The translations under genes were made by a program, and so were the position numbers. This document shows, piece after piece, positions 40,875-50,504 of a stretch of DNA of 64,000 nt; position 1 is the stretch's first letter, and the number at the start of each line of letters is the position of its first letter. Source of the DNA: an uncultured delta proteobacterium (GTDB lineage: Bacteria; Desulfobacterota; Desulfobacteria; Desulfobacterales; JAFDCJ01); contig CAVYNY010000022.1 in assembly GCA_963769935.1 (NCBI GenBank), forward strand, positions 640,001 to 704,000, written 5' to 3'. The notes under the pieces are model-generated. The model was not told the DNA's origin. It made no database searches and worked only from the letters and a program-made list of their open reading frames with translations.

Positions 40875-41041
40875 GAAATTTCCAGGTTAATGGTATTTGC
40901 CTGTAAATATTACAAATAGATATATATACCGTGTATGGTCGATTATTTCAATAAATTTCTGTACCCCGGGCAGCTAGACTGCGTTATTTACACAGTTTAT
41001 TTAATTAAAATATGACAACAACTTGCTTGCTGAAGATTACG

Positions 41042-41214
41042 AAAATTCCAAGCACCAAAAACCAAATTCCAAACGAATACCAATGACCGAAATTCAAAAT
41101 TCAAAACAGGTCCAATTGTTGCGGAGAGTCAATTAAGTGATCGGGATGGTTTGTTCATTGGAATTTCGGATTTGGATATTATTTGTAATTTGGTGCTTGG
41201 GATTTGAAATTTTA
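41042..41214. repeat. Long imperfect palindromic intergenic element
   Basis: CCAAGCACCAAA pairs with TTTGGTGCTTGG; CCGAAATTC pairs with GAATTTCGG; AAATTC(C/A)A heptamers. Confidence 0.8.
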
Positions 41215-41281
41215 TTGTCTTACAGAATCTTTTAATCTAATAAGAATTTATCAACTTTGAACGCATAAGTCTGGAGGTGCC

Positions 41282-42335
41282 ATGCAAAATATTCTGGTTA
41301 CCGGCGGTTGCGGTTTTATCGGGACCGGTTTTATTCGTCATCTGCTGCTGGATTCCGACTTTGACGGGCGCATAATTAACCTCGACAAGCTTACCTATGC
41401 CGGCAATCCCGAAAATCTAGCCGATTTCAGCCAGGCGGCCACCGGACGCTATATTTTCATAAAGGCCGATATATGTGATGCGAACGCTGTTAGCCGGGCA
41501 TTTGACAGATACGAGATCGATGCGGTGTGCCATTTTGCGGCCGAATCGCATGTCGACCGTTCGATTGTTGCGCCGGATGCCTTTATCAAAACCAATATTG
41601 CGGGAACATTCAACCTGCTTGAAGCCGCCCGACGGCATTCCAACCGGCTGGTTCTCTTTCATCATGTGAGCACCGATGAAGTCTACGGTTCGCTGGGAGC
41701 GGACGGTTTTTTTACCGAACAAACCCCATACAGGCCCAACAGCCCGTACTCGGCGTCCAAGGCGGCCTCCGATCACCTGGTCCGGGCCTACAGCAAAACT
41801 TACGCGTCTGCCGGTAACCATATCCAATTGTTCAAATAATTACGGCCCTTACCAGTTTCCCGAAAAATTGATACCGCTGATGATATTAAATGCTCTGGAA
41901 GACAAACCACTGCCGGTCTACGGTGAAGGCAAAAATGTCAGGGACTGGCTGTATGTCGAGGATCACTGCCGGGCCGTGTGGGAAATCATGAAAAGGGGCA
42001 CACGGGGACAAACCTACAATATCGGGGGCCGCTGTGAATTGGCCAATCTCGATACCGTCAACATGCTTTGCGATTTGCTGGATGAGATGGCGCCCCGGGC
42101 CGACCAATCTTCCCGCCGGGATTTGATCACCTTTGTAAAAGACAGGCCAGGCCATGATTTGAGATATGCCATCGACTGCAGCAAGCTGGAAAATGAACTG
42201 GGCTGGGCGCCCCGGGAATCTTTTGAATCCGGACTCAGAAAGACGATTCAATGGTATCTGGACAATCCGCAGTGGATACAAAGGGTCAAAAGCGGGGAAT
42301 ATTTGAAATGGATGGAAGAACACTATGGTGAATGA
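41282..42335 (+). CDS. rfbB: dTDP-glucose 4,6-dehydratase, frameshifted by an extra base near 41805
   Basis: [50 protein letters not shown] and DRPGHD continue in a second frame. Confidence 0.93.
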
Positions 42336-42464
42336 AGAATGTCGAATCCACCCGAGGCGGACAAGTGTCGAATTGATGAATCCTATCTATGATCATTAAA
42401 ATGCAAGAGCGAAGCGATACCATCATTCGTCAATCGTCATGCGACATTTCTAAAGGTTACTAAA

Positions 42465-43199
42465 ATGAGACAACCGAAAGACTATATTATATTTCCACTG
42501 GATGTCGCTTCGCCAGATGAGGCCAAGCGATATGTCGAACTGCTGGCCGGTCATGTGGGGCTGTTCAAAGTGGGACTGGAACTGTTTATTCGCTCCGGAC
42601 CTGATATCGTCCGATTTATCAACGCCGACGGAGGGGCCGGGGTGTTTCTGGACCTGAAACTGCATGATATTCCGGCCACCGTATCCCGTGCCATGTCCGG
42701 AATAGCCGATCTTGGCGTTCGATATGCTACGGTGCATTGCGGCGAGACGCCTAGAATGCTTGAGGCGGCGGTTGAGGGCGGCCGAGGCGCGGTGGACATT
42801 CTGGCTGTAACGGTGCTGACCAGCGTGTCGGCCGACGACATCCGGCTGGCCGGCTATCGGTCGGAAGATTATCCGGATTTGGCCAGTTTGGTAATAAACC
42901 GGGCTGCCATGGCTAAAACCGCCGGTTGCGCCGGAGTGATTTGCTCGGGCCATGAAGCTGCCATGATCAAGCGTGAGTTTGGAAAAGAATTTGCCGCCGT
43001 CACCCCGGGGATTCGTCCGCAATGGTCCCTGGGTAAACCGGATGATCAGCAGCGCGTCATGACACCCGCCCGGGCCATCCGCAACGGCTCGGATTACCTC
43101 GTAATCGGCAGACCCATTCGGAACGCGCGCGATCCCGTCCGGGCAGCTGTCAATGTCGCCGAAGAAATTGAGGCAGCCATATTATCAAATGTCGAATGA
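42465..43199 (+). CDS. pyrF: Orotidine-5'-phosphate decarboxylase
   Basis: FKVGLE, DLKLHDIPAT, VTVLTS, TPGIR, DDQQR, VIGRPI. Confidence 0.97.
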   Translation: MRQPKDYIIFPLDVASPDEAKRYVELLAGHVGLFKVGLELFIRSGPDIVRFINADGGAGVFLDLKLHDIPATVSRAMSGIADLGVRYATVHCGETPRMLEAAVEGGRGAVDILAVTVLTSVSADDIRLAGYRSEDYPDLASLVINRAAMAKTAGCAGVICSGHEAAMIKREFGKEFAAVTPGIRPQWSLGKPDDQQRVMTPARAIRNGSDYLVIGRPIRNARDPVRAAVNVAEEIEAAILSNVE

Positions 43200-43289
43200 C
43201 GAAGGAGGATTTTATTCCAACATTGAAAACCTGGCTCTCCGGGCCAGGATTCTTAACGTGTCACCCGATCAAAAAATGATGGTATTTTC

Positions 43290-43317
43290 TAAAGATTTCA
43301 AACAGTAGTGCCGATAG
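43290..43317 (+). promoter_or_regulatory. Sigma28 (FliA/SigD)-type promoter
   Basis: TAAA-N16-GCCGATAG, 93 nt before the ORF at 43411. Confidence 0.6.
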
Positions 43318-43410
43318 TACCTGATAATGACAAAATCGTTGCTTGAGCAAACGCCGGGGTAATCAACTTATCCAGGGAAATTCCGCCCCAAGCTCGCTAA
43401 AGAGGGTTCA

Positions 43411-45777
43411 ATGAACGACATTGCGACAAAACTGCTTGAAGAACTCGGTGGGATCGGGACCAACGAGACCGATGAATCTTCTGAACCATCGTCAGAAGCC
43501 TTCCTTGAAGGTCTATCCGCTGAATCAAATGACCTGGACAAATGGCATGTCCTGCTGGTGGAATTGGCCTATGTACTGAATGCATCTTTTCGAGACGTCC
43601 ACTACTGGGAAGGCGTGAAAAAAAAGCAGGATACCTTTCTTCAACTAGTCAAAACATTGCATGAACTCGATCGCATGCCCAAGCACGACGAAACCGTTCA
43701 TATCAACTATCGCGGGTCACAGCTGACTGATCTGCCCGCCAAGCTCGATTATATTATTCAATTCGGTGATTTGGTGGTTGACTATAACGTGGTTGCCGAA
43801 TTGATTAAACGTCAGGGAATTCGGTTCAAGCATTTTGAGGGGCGGATCAAAAAAGCTTTTGAGGCTTTTGCTGAGCAGGCCATCAGCAGTGTCTCTTTGA
43901 AAATTCCGGGGAGGTCTCAACGGTCGTTGGAAATGATGCAAATTTCGCTGCGGATTTTTTCCTGCTTCAATCAGGCGGCCGAGACCCTGTCTCCGATTAC
44001 ATTTGAAAAGAGCGATAAACAATGCTCTTTGATGCCGATAGTCGACGAATTCGATCAACCGGATCCCAACCTGACGCTGCTGGCTGCGCTCAACAACTTG
44101 GATGAAACGACCATGCAGCAATTGGTTCGCAAGGTGGCACCCGTGGCCGGTCGAAATTCCGATGAATTTTCCGAACAACCTCACTCAAGCGTCTACCAAA
44201 CCGTTTTTAAGGTTAAAAATCTGCGGGAGAAGCTGATGCGGCCGCCGCTGGAGGTCAACAGCAACAATTCTCTGGCCATGTTCATGAGCCGGGGCGAGAC
44301 CGCCCCGCATGAGATTGTGGTCAAGGAGTATGACAGCAGTTCGGCCGGCCCTTCAGCTTCAAATATCGATCCGGCGACCCTCAAAACCGGTGTGGCCCAG
44401 TTTGCCAAGGCCGCTTTCAAAGGATCGCTGCAGCATGCCAAGTTGGCGCTGAAAAGTGTCTTTGCGCGGGACTACAACCAAGTTAATTTGAAAATACTCA
44501 GCCAGCGAATCAAGTTGCTTTCCCCTCTATTAAAGATGATGCAGAAAAATCCCAGGGGGGAGAAGATCCTTGACAGCGTGCTTGAAACACTGCAGACGGG
44601 TATCGATCAAGTGCCGGACGATCTGCTCGATGATATGGTCGTGCAGGATAATTTGGTCAAATTTTGGTCCGGAGAAAAAGAGATCGTGGTCGGTGAGGCC
44701 GACAATAACCTGCTGGATGTTCTCGAAGTCTCCAAAAGACGGTCAATTGAGCGCAAAAAGGGCAGGTCCCCTATTAATCCTTATGAAAAGCTTGCGGATG
44801 AAGACTATCAGACGCTGGCCGAGCGATTTGATGTCACGGCCGCGGATGCCACTGAAATTGTTTCTTTATTTCAGAAATGCTTCGATAAGCAGGGTAATTT
44901 TCAAAGAGCCGCCTTTGCCAGAATTATTTCCGAGCTCATGCGCTATGAAGGAATTATTTTCGAGGTGTTATGGGAATTTCTCAAGGAAACCCCGGAGGGC
45001 AAGGATCGTTTGCCGTTTTTAAATTCCTTTCAGCTGCTGATCCGAGAGACCCGTCAGCCCATTAAAGCAATAAAACTCCTGTTGTCGGATTTTATGATGA
45101 ATCCTTCGGCAATCGGTTTTCCGGATCGAAATGCCATCATGCTGGCGAATCAATTTCTGCGCACCTACAATAAAGAAATAAATATGGACATTGAGATTAC
45201 CCCGGAAGAGGTGCTTCTGGTTAAAATCGGTCTCGATCAGAAAGCCGCCGCATATGCCGCCTGGCGCGTTGATGGGCAGCAGAAAAAGTTTTTGGAAAAA
45301 ATCGTTATGATTCGCCGGCGATTGATTGAGTTGCTCACGGCCTCTCATAAAGATGAAGGATTTTTACCCATTCGATTTTTGCTGGCTCTCGAACGGGAAA
45401 TCCACATATTTTTAGCGCTGGCAGGGGGGAATACCGCGGCCATGGTATTGCGAAGTGCGCTGAAGGTATACGGCAAACCCGATTCGCAGGTATATCACCT
45501 GCCGGAAAGCGAAGGGCTCATGACACCTTTGATACAGCACCTGGCCGCTTTAATCCGCGGCTTCGGACGTGTCGGTACGACCCAGGATCTGGTCATGCTG
45601 GATGAAATAAAGGCACATAAAGAAGGGTTTTTGGACCTCGGAAAAGATCAGCGTCATGCCGCACTGATCAAACGCACTATGGGTTGGATCGACATGGCCA
45701 AGAACGAGATCAGCGCCCGGCCGCCCCAAGCTGCAACACCGGAAAAAAATGCCGCTGGCTTCCGTCAAAAGGTATGA
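43411..45777 (+). CDS. Large hypothetical protein (788 aa)
   Basis: Long uninterrupted ORF with GAGGG RBS; no motif recognised. Confidence 0.85.
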   Translation: MNDIATKLLEELGGIGTNETDESSEPSSEAFLEGLSAESNDLDKWHVLLVELAYVLNASFRDVHYWEGVKKKQDTFLQLVKTLHELDRMPKHDETVHINYRGSQLTDLPAKLDYIIQFGDLVVDYNVVAELIKRQGIRFKHFEGRIKKAFEAFAEQAISSVSLKIPGRSQRSLEMMQISLRIFSCFNQAAETLSPITFEKSDKQCSLMPIVDEFDQPDPNLTLLAALNNLDETTMQQLVRKVAPVAGRNSDEFSEQPHSSVYQTVFKVKNLREKLMRPPLEVNSNNSLAMFMSRGETAPHEIVVKEYDSSSAGPSASNIDPATLKTGVAQFAKAAFKGSLQHAKLALKSVFARDYNQVNLKILSQRIKLLSPLLKMMQKNPRGEKILDSVLETLQTGIDQVPDDLLDDMVVQDNLVKFWSGEKEIVVGEADNNLLDVLEVSKRRSIERKKGRSPINPYEKLADEDYQTLAERFDVTAADATEIVSLFQKCFDKQGNFQRAAFARIISELMRYEGIIFEVLWEFLKETPEGKDRLPFLNSFQLLIRETRQPIKAIKLLLSDFMMNPSAIGFPDRNAIMLANQFLRTYNKEINMDIEITPEEVLLVKIGLDQKAAAYAAWRVDGQQKKFLEKIVMIRRRLIELLTASHKDEGFLPIRFLLALEREIHIFLALAGGNTAAMVLRSALKVYGKPDSQVYHLPESEGLMTPLIQHLAALIRGFGRVGTTQDLVMLDEIKAHKEGFLDLGKDQRHAALIKRTMGWIDMAKNEISARPPQAATPEKNAAGFRQKV

Positions 45778-45861
45778 AAGATCCGGTATATCGTTAATCC
45801 TAGAAGAATTGCCCCCAGAAGAAGCGCCAGTATCTGTTGAGCGGGGCTGAATTTCCTCATT

Positions 45862-47079
45862 TTATTCTTTGTCCAAACCGAAGGCCGTGTGCAGCACCCT
45901 GACGGCCAGCTCCGTATATTTTTCTTCGATAATGCAGGAAATTCTGATTTCCGACGTGCTGATCAGCAGAATGTTAATATTTTCGGCAGCCAGCGTGGCA
46001 AACATGGTGGAGGCCACCCCGGAGTGATCCTTCATCCCAACGCCGATGACGGAGACCATGGCAATTTTTACATCGCCGTACACATCTTCGGCCCCGATTT
46101 CCCGGGCAATCTGTTTTTGGATGTCCAGGGCCGTATTATAGCTTGCCCTGGGTACCGTGAAAGTGAGGTCGGTTTGCCCGCCGGCCCGGGTATTTTGAAT
46201 AATCATATCCACCACGATCCCGGCCTCAGCCAGGGGGGTGAAAATTTTGGCTGCTATTCCCGGCTGATCCGGGACCTTTTTCAGGGTGATGCGGGCCTGA
46301 TTTTTATCATGGGTGACACCGGAGACGACGAGTCGTTCCATCCCGGAATCTTCATTGACGACCATGGTTCCCTCCTCTTCAGTGAACGATGATCTTACGT
46401 GCACAGGAATGTTGTATTTTTTGGCAAAACCGACCGACCGGATCTGGAGCACTTTGGCGCCGAGGCTGGCCATGTTCAGCATTTCATCATAGGATATGGC
46501 TTTGAGCTTGCGGGCTTTGTCGCATATATTCGGATCGGCGGTATAGACACCGTCCACATCGGTGTAAATTTCACAGACGTCCGCCTTCAAGGCCGCGGCG
46601 ATGGCCACCGCCGAGGTGTCGGAGCCGCCGCGCCCCAGGGTCGTGATGTTGCCCTGGGGATCGCAGCCCTGGAATCCGGCGATCACAACAAGGTTGCGGC
46701 TTTTAAGAAGTTCTTTGATTCGATCGGTTTTAATATCAACGATGCGGGCGTTTCCGAAGCAACGGTTCGTGACCACTTCGGCCTGGTATCCCAGCAGGGA
46801 CTGGGCGGGGTAATTCATCGACTTCAGCATCATGGCCAGTAAGGCGGCGGTGGTTTGCTCGCCGGTCGCCAAAAGTACATCGAGCTCCCGACGGTCCGGC
46901 AGCTCCGTTACCTCCTGGGCCATGCCGATTAATTTATCGGTAATTCCGGCCATCGCCGACAGAATGACAACCACATTGTTGCCCTGTTCATAGGTTTTGA
47001 CTACGCGTCGGGCGACATTTCGAATACGCTCAAGATTTGCTACTGATGTTCCACCGTATTTTTGAACGATTAAACTCAT
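45862..47079 (-). CDS. lysC: Aspartate kinase
   Basis: [31 protein letters not shown], two ACT domains, STSEIRIS. Confidence 0.97.
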   Translation of the reverse strand: MSLIVQKYGGTSVANLERIRNVARRVVKTYEQGNNVVVILSAMAGITDKLIGMAQEVTELPDRRELDVLLATGEQTTAALLAMMLKSMNYPAQSLLGYQAEVVTNRCFGNARIVDIKTDRIKELLKSRNLVVIAGFQGCDPQGNITTLGRGGSDTSAVAIAAALKADVCEIYTDVDGVYTADPNICDKARKLKAISYDEMLNMASLGAKVLQIRSVGFAKKYNIPVHVRSSFTEEEGTMVVNEDSGMERLVVSGVTHDKNQARITLKKVPDQPGIAAKIFTPLAEAGIVVDMIIQNTRAGGQTDLTFTVPRASYNTALDIQKQIAREIGAEDVYGDVKIAMVSVIGVGMKDHSGVASTMFATLAAENINILLISTSEIRISCIIEEKYTELAVRVLHTAFGLDKE

Positions 47080-47091
47080 TTCAATCTTCCG

Positions 47092-47571
47092 TTAACTAAT
47101 GCGCTCAAGGGCTTTTATCAAACCAATTTCATTTTGTCCAGACGCTTTGATCCGGATTTTGCGGCTATTGTCAGCAATAATTTCAAACGTCAGGGACAGA
47201 TACGCGTCAAAAACGGCATCCGGCAGTTTATCCGCCCACTCAATGGCAATAACGGCCTGATCATGCAGCAGTTCGTCCAGGCCGATGTCTTCAAAATCGT
47301 TGAGGCCCTCCAGGCGATAAAGATCGATATGAAACAGAGGCAAGCGGCCGGGATATTCATTGATCAGGGTGAAGGTCGGGCTGGTGATATAGTAACCGGC
47401 CGGGACTCCCAATCCCTGGGCCAAACCCTGTACCAAGGCGGTTTTGCCGCAGCCGAGATCACCGATCAGGGCGATGATACACGGCTGCTTTATCAGTATA
47501 CCGATTTTCCGGCCCAGTTCGCGGGTTTCATCGTCCGAATGAGTTGCCAAATTTAATCTTTTGCCAACCAT
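47092..47571 (-). CDS. tsaE: tRNA threonylcarbamoyladenosine biosynthesis ATPase
   Basis: GDLGCGKT, SPTFTL, HIDLYRL, IEWA. Confidence 0.96.
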   Translation of the reverse strand: MVGKRLNLATHSDDETRELGRKIGILIKQPCIIALIGDLGCGKTALVQGLAQGLGVPAGYYITSPTFTLINEYPGRLPLFHIDLYRLEGLNDFEDIGLDELLHDQAVIAIEWADKLPDAVFDAYLSLTFEIIADNSRKIRIKASGQNEIGLIKALERIS

Positions 47572-47576
47572 AAATA

Positions 47577-49133
47577 TCAGAAGTTACGAATCATTTTTTT
47601 AATCTCCCCCGGAATTGCCTTAATGACATCACCGGCCAGAAAACCATACGGTCCGATGGCTTCTGCAAGGGTATCGGCAGCGGCGCCGTGCAGATAGGTG
47701 CCGGCATGGGAGGCGGTCTCGGGAGAAAAACCCTGGGTCACCATTCCGGCAATGATTCCGGTCAGGACATCCCCCATGCCGCCCGAGGCCATTCCGGAAT
47801 TGCCGGTAGGATTGATGAAAACCCGGCCGTCCGGATGGGCAATCACAGTGCGGGCACCTTTGAGAACGACATGCACCCGGCAGCCGACTGCAAATTCCCT
47901 GGCACATTTAACCCGGTCGCTTTGCACCGTGCTGACTTCAGCGTCCACCAGCCGGGCCATTTCACCGGGGTGGGGGGTTAAAATGACGGGGGCTTTCGTT
48001 CTTTGAAGGATTTCCAGCCGGCCGGCCAGATGGTTTATACCGTCGGCATCAACGACGACCGGAATTTCGCTGTCCTTAATGATTCTCCGGACAAGCTCAC
48101 CGGTTTCCGGTTCCTGACCCAGGCCGGGTCCGATGGCCAGGCATTTTTTGCCGGCCATCAAATTTCTAATTGCAGCGGCGGCGGATTCGGTGATAATTCC
48201 GGCCCGGCTTTCCGGCAGCGGGGCCGTCATGGCTTCCAGCATCCCGGCTTCCAGGATAGGGTTTAAACTTTCCGCAATTCCCAGGGTTACCAGGCCGGCG
48301 CCCGCGCGCAGTGCCGAGTGGCAGGTCATCGCAGCCGCCCCGGTTTTACCGGTGGATCCGGCGATAACCAGCAGGTGTCCGGTGCGGCCTTTATGGGCGT
48401 CCGGCGGTCGAGGTTTAAAGTAAGATCGAATGCGCCGGGCGGTTAACAGAAACTGTTTGGGACGCACAGCTTCCACAATGGGAGGGGGTATTCCGATATC
48501 AACGATTTCGAGGGCTCCGGTGAGATCAGCCCCCGGGTATACCATGTGGCCGATTTTGGCAAATGCAAAGGTTGCCGTAGCCCGGGCACGTATGCAGGCG
48601 CCGCATGCATGACCGGTATCGGAATTCAAACCCGAGGGGATATCAACGGCAAACACCGGTTTGTTGAGTTCGTTGATAAACTCGATAACAGTCTTGAAAT
48701 AGCCTTTAACATCCGATTTCAGCCCGGTGCCGAGCAGAGCATCGACCCATACATCCAACCCGGTCAATTCAGATTTCAGGCGGGAAAATGAGGCTGCATC
48801 CGGAAGTTCAACCAACGGGATGTTCAGCGGTTTCAGGAACCTGAGATTGGCTGCCGCATCACCTTGAACCTTGCCGGAATCGGCAAGCAGGTAAACGGAT
48901 ACCGCCAGGCCCTTTTGCTTCAGGTAGCGGGCAATTACAAATCCGTCGCCGCCGTTGTTGCCCCGGCCGGATAGCACCCCGATCCGTTGATTTTTTAAAT
49001 CCGGGAATTGCTCGAGCAAAAAATGCGTCGCTCCCCGGCCGGCATTTTCCATTAAAACCATGCCGGGAATTCCAAATTCCTCAATGGTCCGGCGATCGAT
49101 TTGCTGCATTTCACTGGCGGTTACAATAATCAT
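47577..49133 (-). CDS. nnr: Bifunctional NAD(P)H-hydrate epimerase/dehydratase
   Basis: LMENAG, GNNGGDG, DIPSG, HKG..G, GPGLG, DADG, TPHPGEM, GGMGDVL. Confidence 0.96.
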   Translation of the reverse strand: MIIVTASEMQQIDRRTIEEFGIPGMVLMENAGRGATHFLLEQFPDLKNQRIGVLSGRGNNGGDGFVIARYLKQKGLAVSVYLLADSGKVQGDAAANLRFLKPLNIPLVELPDAASFSRLKSELTGLDVWVDALLGTGLKSDVKGYFKTVIEFINELNKPVFAVDIPSGLNSDTGHACGACIRARATATFAFAKIGHMVYPGADLTGALEIVDIGIPPPIVEAVRPKQFLLTARRIRSYFKPRPPDAHKGRTGHLLVIAGSTGKTGAAAMTCHSALRAGAGLVTLGIAESLNPILEAGMLEAMTAPLPESRAGIITESAAAAIRNLMAGKKCLAIGPGLGQEPETGELVRRIIKDSEIPVVVDADGINHLAGRLEILQRTKAPVILTPHPGEMARLVDAEVSTVQSDRVKCAREFAVGCRVHVVLKGARTVIAHPDGRVFINPTGNSGMASGGMGDVLTGIIAGMVTQGFSPETASHAGTYLHGAAADTLAEAIGPYGFLAGDVIKAIPGEIKKMIRNF

Positions 49134-49174
49134 ATCATGCTCCCCATTTTGTATTCAGAGGACAGCGTTCAGAT

Positions 49175-49894
49175 CTAAAGCGCTTTAATCAGCCGGATCA
49201 TTTCCGTGACGGCGGCTTGCATTCCCGTCAGGACGGCCCGGGATATTATGCTGTGGCCGATGCTGAATTCATCGATTTCCGGGATGCCCTTAAAGGCCTT
49301 GATTGTTTTATAGCACAGCCCGCGGCCGGCTTTGACACTTAACTTAAGCTTGTAGGCGAGTTTCACGGCATCGACAATATTCAGAAAGGCCTGATGTCTT
49401 TTTTGAGCAGTTTTAGCCTCACAGTAACTTCCGGTATGGACTTCAATCATGGTGGCGTTGCTCTTATGGGCCAGTTTAACCTGTTCGGGTTCCGGGTCGA
49501 CCAGCAGTCCCACCGGAATGCCGCTGTTTTGCAATGTCGTCACGGTCTCGGAAATATCATCACGGGTCACAATAAGATCCAACCCGCCGTTGGCAGTGGA
49601 CTCATCGCGTTTTTCGGGTACCAGTGTCACCAGATCGGGCTTTATATCCAGGGCAACACCGACCATCTCCGACGTCGATGCCATTTCCAGAATCAGTTTG
49701 GTCTGCACAATGCTGCGCAGGATGCGAACATCTCTATCTTTGATGTACCGGCGATCCTGTCGGAGGTGCACAATGATGCCGTCGGCCCCTGACACTTCAG
49801 CCAAGGCCGCAGCTGTTACCGGGTCAGGAAATTGACTTCCCCGAGCCGCTCTTAAGGCCGCCACCTGATCAACTTTTACCGCTAATCCTGTCAT
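49175..49894 (-). CDS. pdxJ: Pyridoxine 5'-phosphate synthase homologue with divergent active site
   Basis: PDPV, GADGI.VHLR.DRR, LEMA, LVPEKR, EVHTG, IGHSII; several conserved residues replaced (see findings). Confidence 0.9.
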   Translation of the reverse strand: MTGLAVKVDQVAALRAARGSQFPDPVTAAALAEVSGADGIIVHLRQDRRYIKDRDVRILRSIVQTKLILEMASTSEMVGVALDIKPDLVTLVPEKRDESTANGGLDLIVTRDDISETVTTLQNSGIPVGLLVDPEPEQVKLAHKSNATMIEVHTGSYCEAKTAQKRHQAFLNIVDAVKLAYKLKLSVKAGRGLCYKTIKAFKGIPEIDEFSIGHSIISRAVLTGMQAAVTEMIRLIKAL

Positions 49895-50051
49895 CGACGA
49901 GTCTCCCCCTTTTGAATGACGAATGATACTGAAGGACGATAATGTACGAATCCAATCGATTAGAATGATCGTCAAATCTTCGCAATCCGAATCGTTATAG
50001 AATTATTGATTTTAACCGATAGAATTCCTTCCAATTCGTCGTTCATCATTA

Positions 50052-50504
50052 TCAGTCAATCGTCATTCTCAATCGTATCAATTCCAAAAGTTCCCGGCTC
50101 TTTGCGTCCATGCGCCGGGCTTCACTTGCTGAATCTTCATGGTCATAACCAAACAAATGCAGGATTCCGTGAACCAGCAGTTCATAGAATCTGCGCTCGG
50201 TGCTCATGCCGCAATTTTGTGCTTCTGTGGCGGCTGTATCTGCAGATATTACCACGTCGCCCAAAAGATGGGGGGTGACATGTGAAAATTCGCCCTCGCG
50301 CATGGCAAAAGCAATTACATTTGTTGGACCCGGGCGGTTGAGATATTGGCGATTGAGTTTTTCGATCTGCAGATCATCCACGATAAGGATGGAAATTTCT
50401 CCATCAGGAAAGTCCAAGGCGCTTAAGATGGCCCGAACCGTTTGCTTTATCTTCTTCGGCGAGATTTTGAACCTGCTTTGCCTGTTGTCTATCAGGACTT
50501 GCAT
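50052..50504 (-). CDS. ybeY: rRNA maturation endoribonuclease
   Basis: LNRQYL..PTNVIAF, LGDVVIS, HGILHLFGYDH. Confidence 0.95.
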   Translation of the reverse strand: MQVLIDNRQSRFKISPKKIKQTVRAILSALDFPDGEISILIVDDLQIEKLNRQYLNRPGPTNVIAFAMREGEFSHVTPHLLGDVVISADTAATEAQNCGMSTERRFYELLVHGILHLFGYDHEDSASEARRMDAKSRELLELIRLRMTID

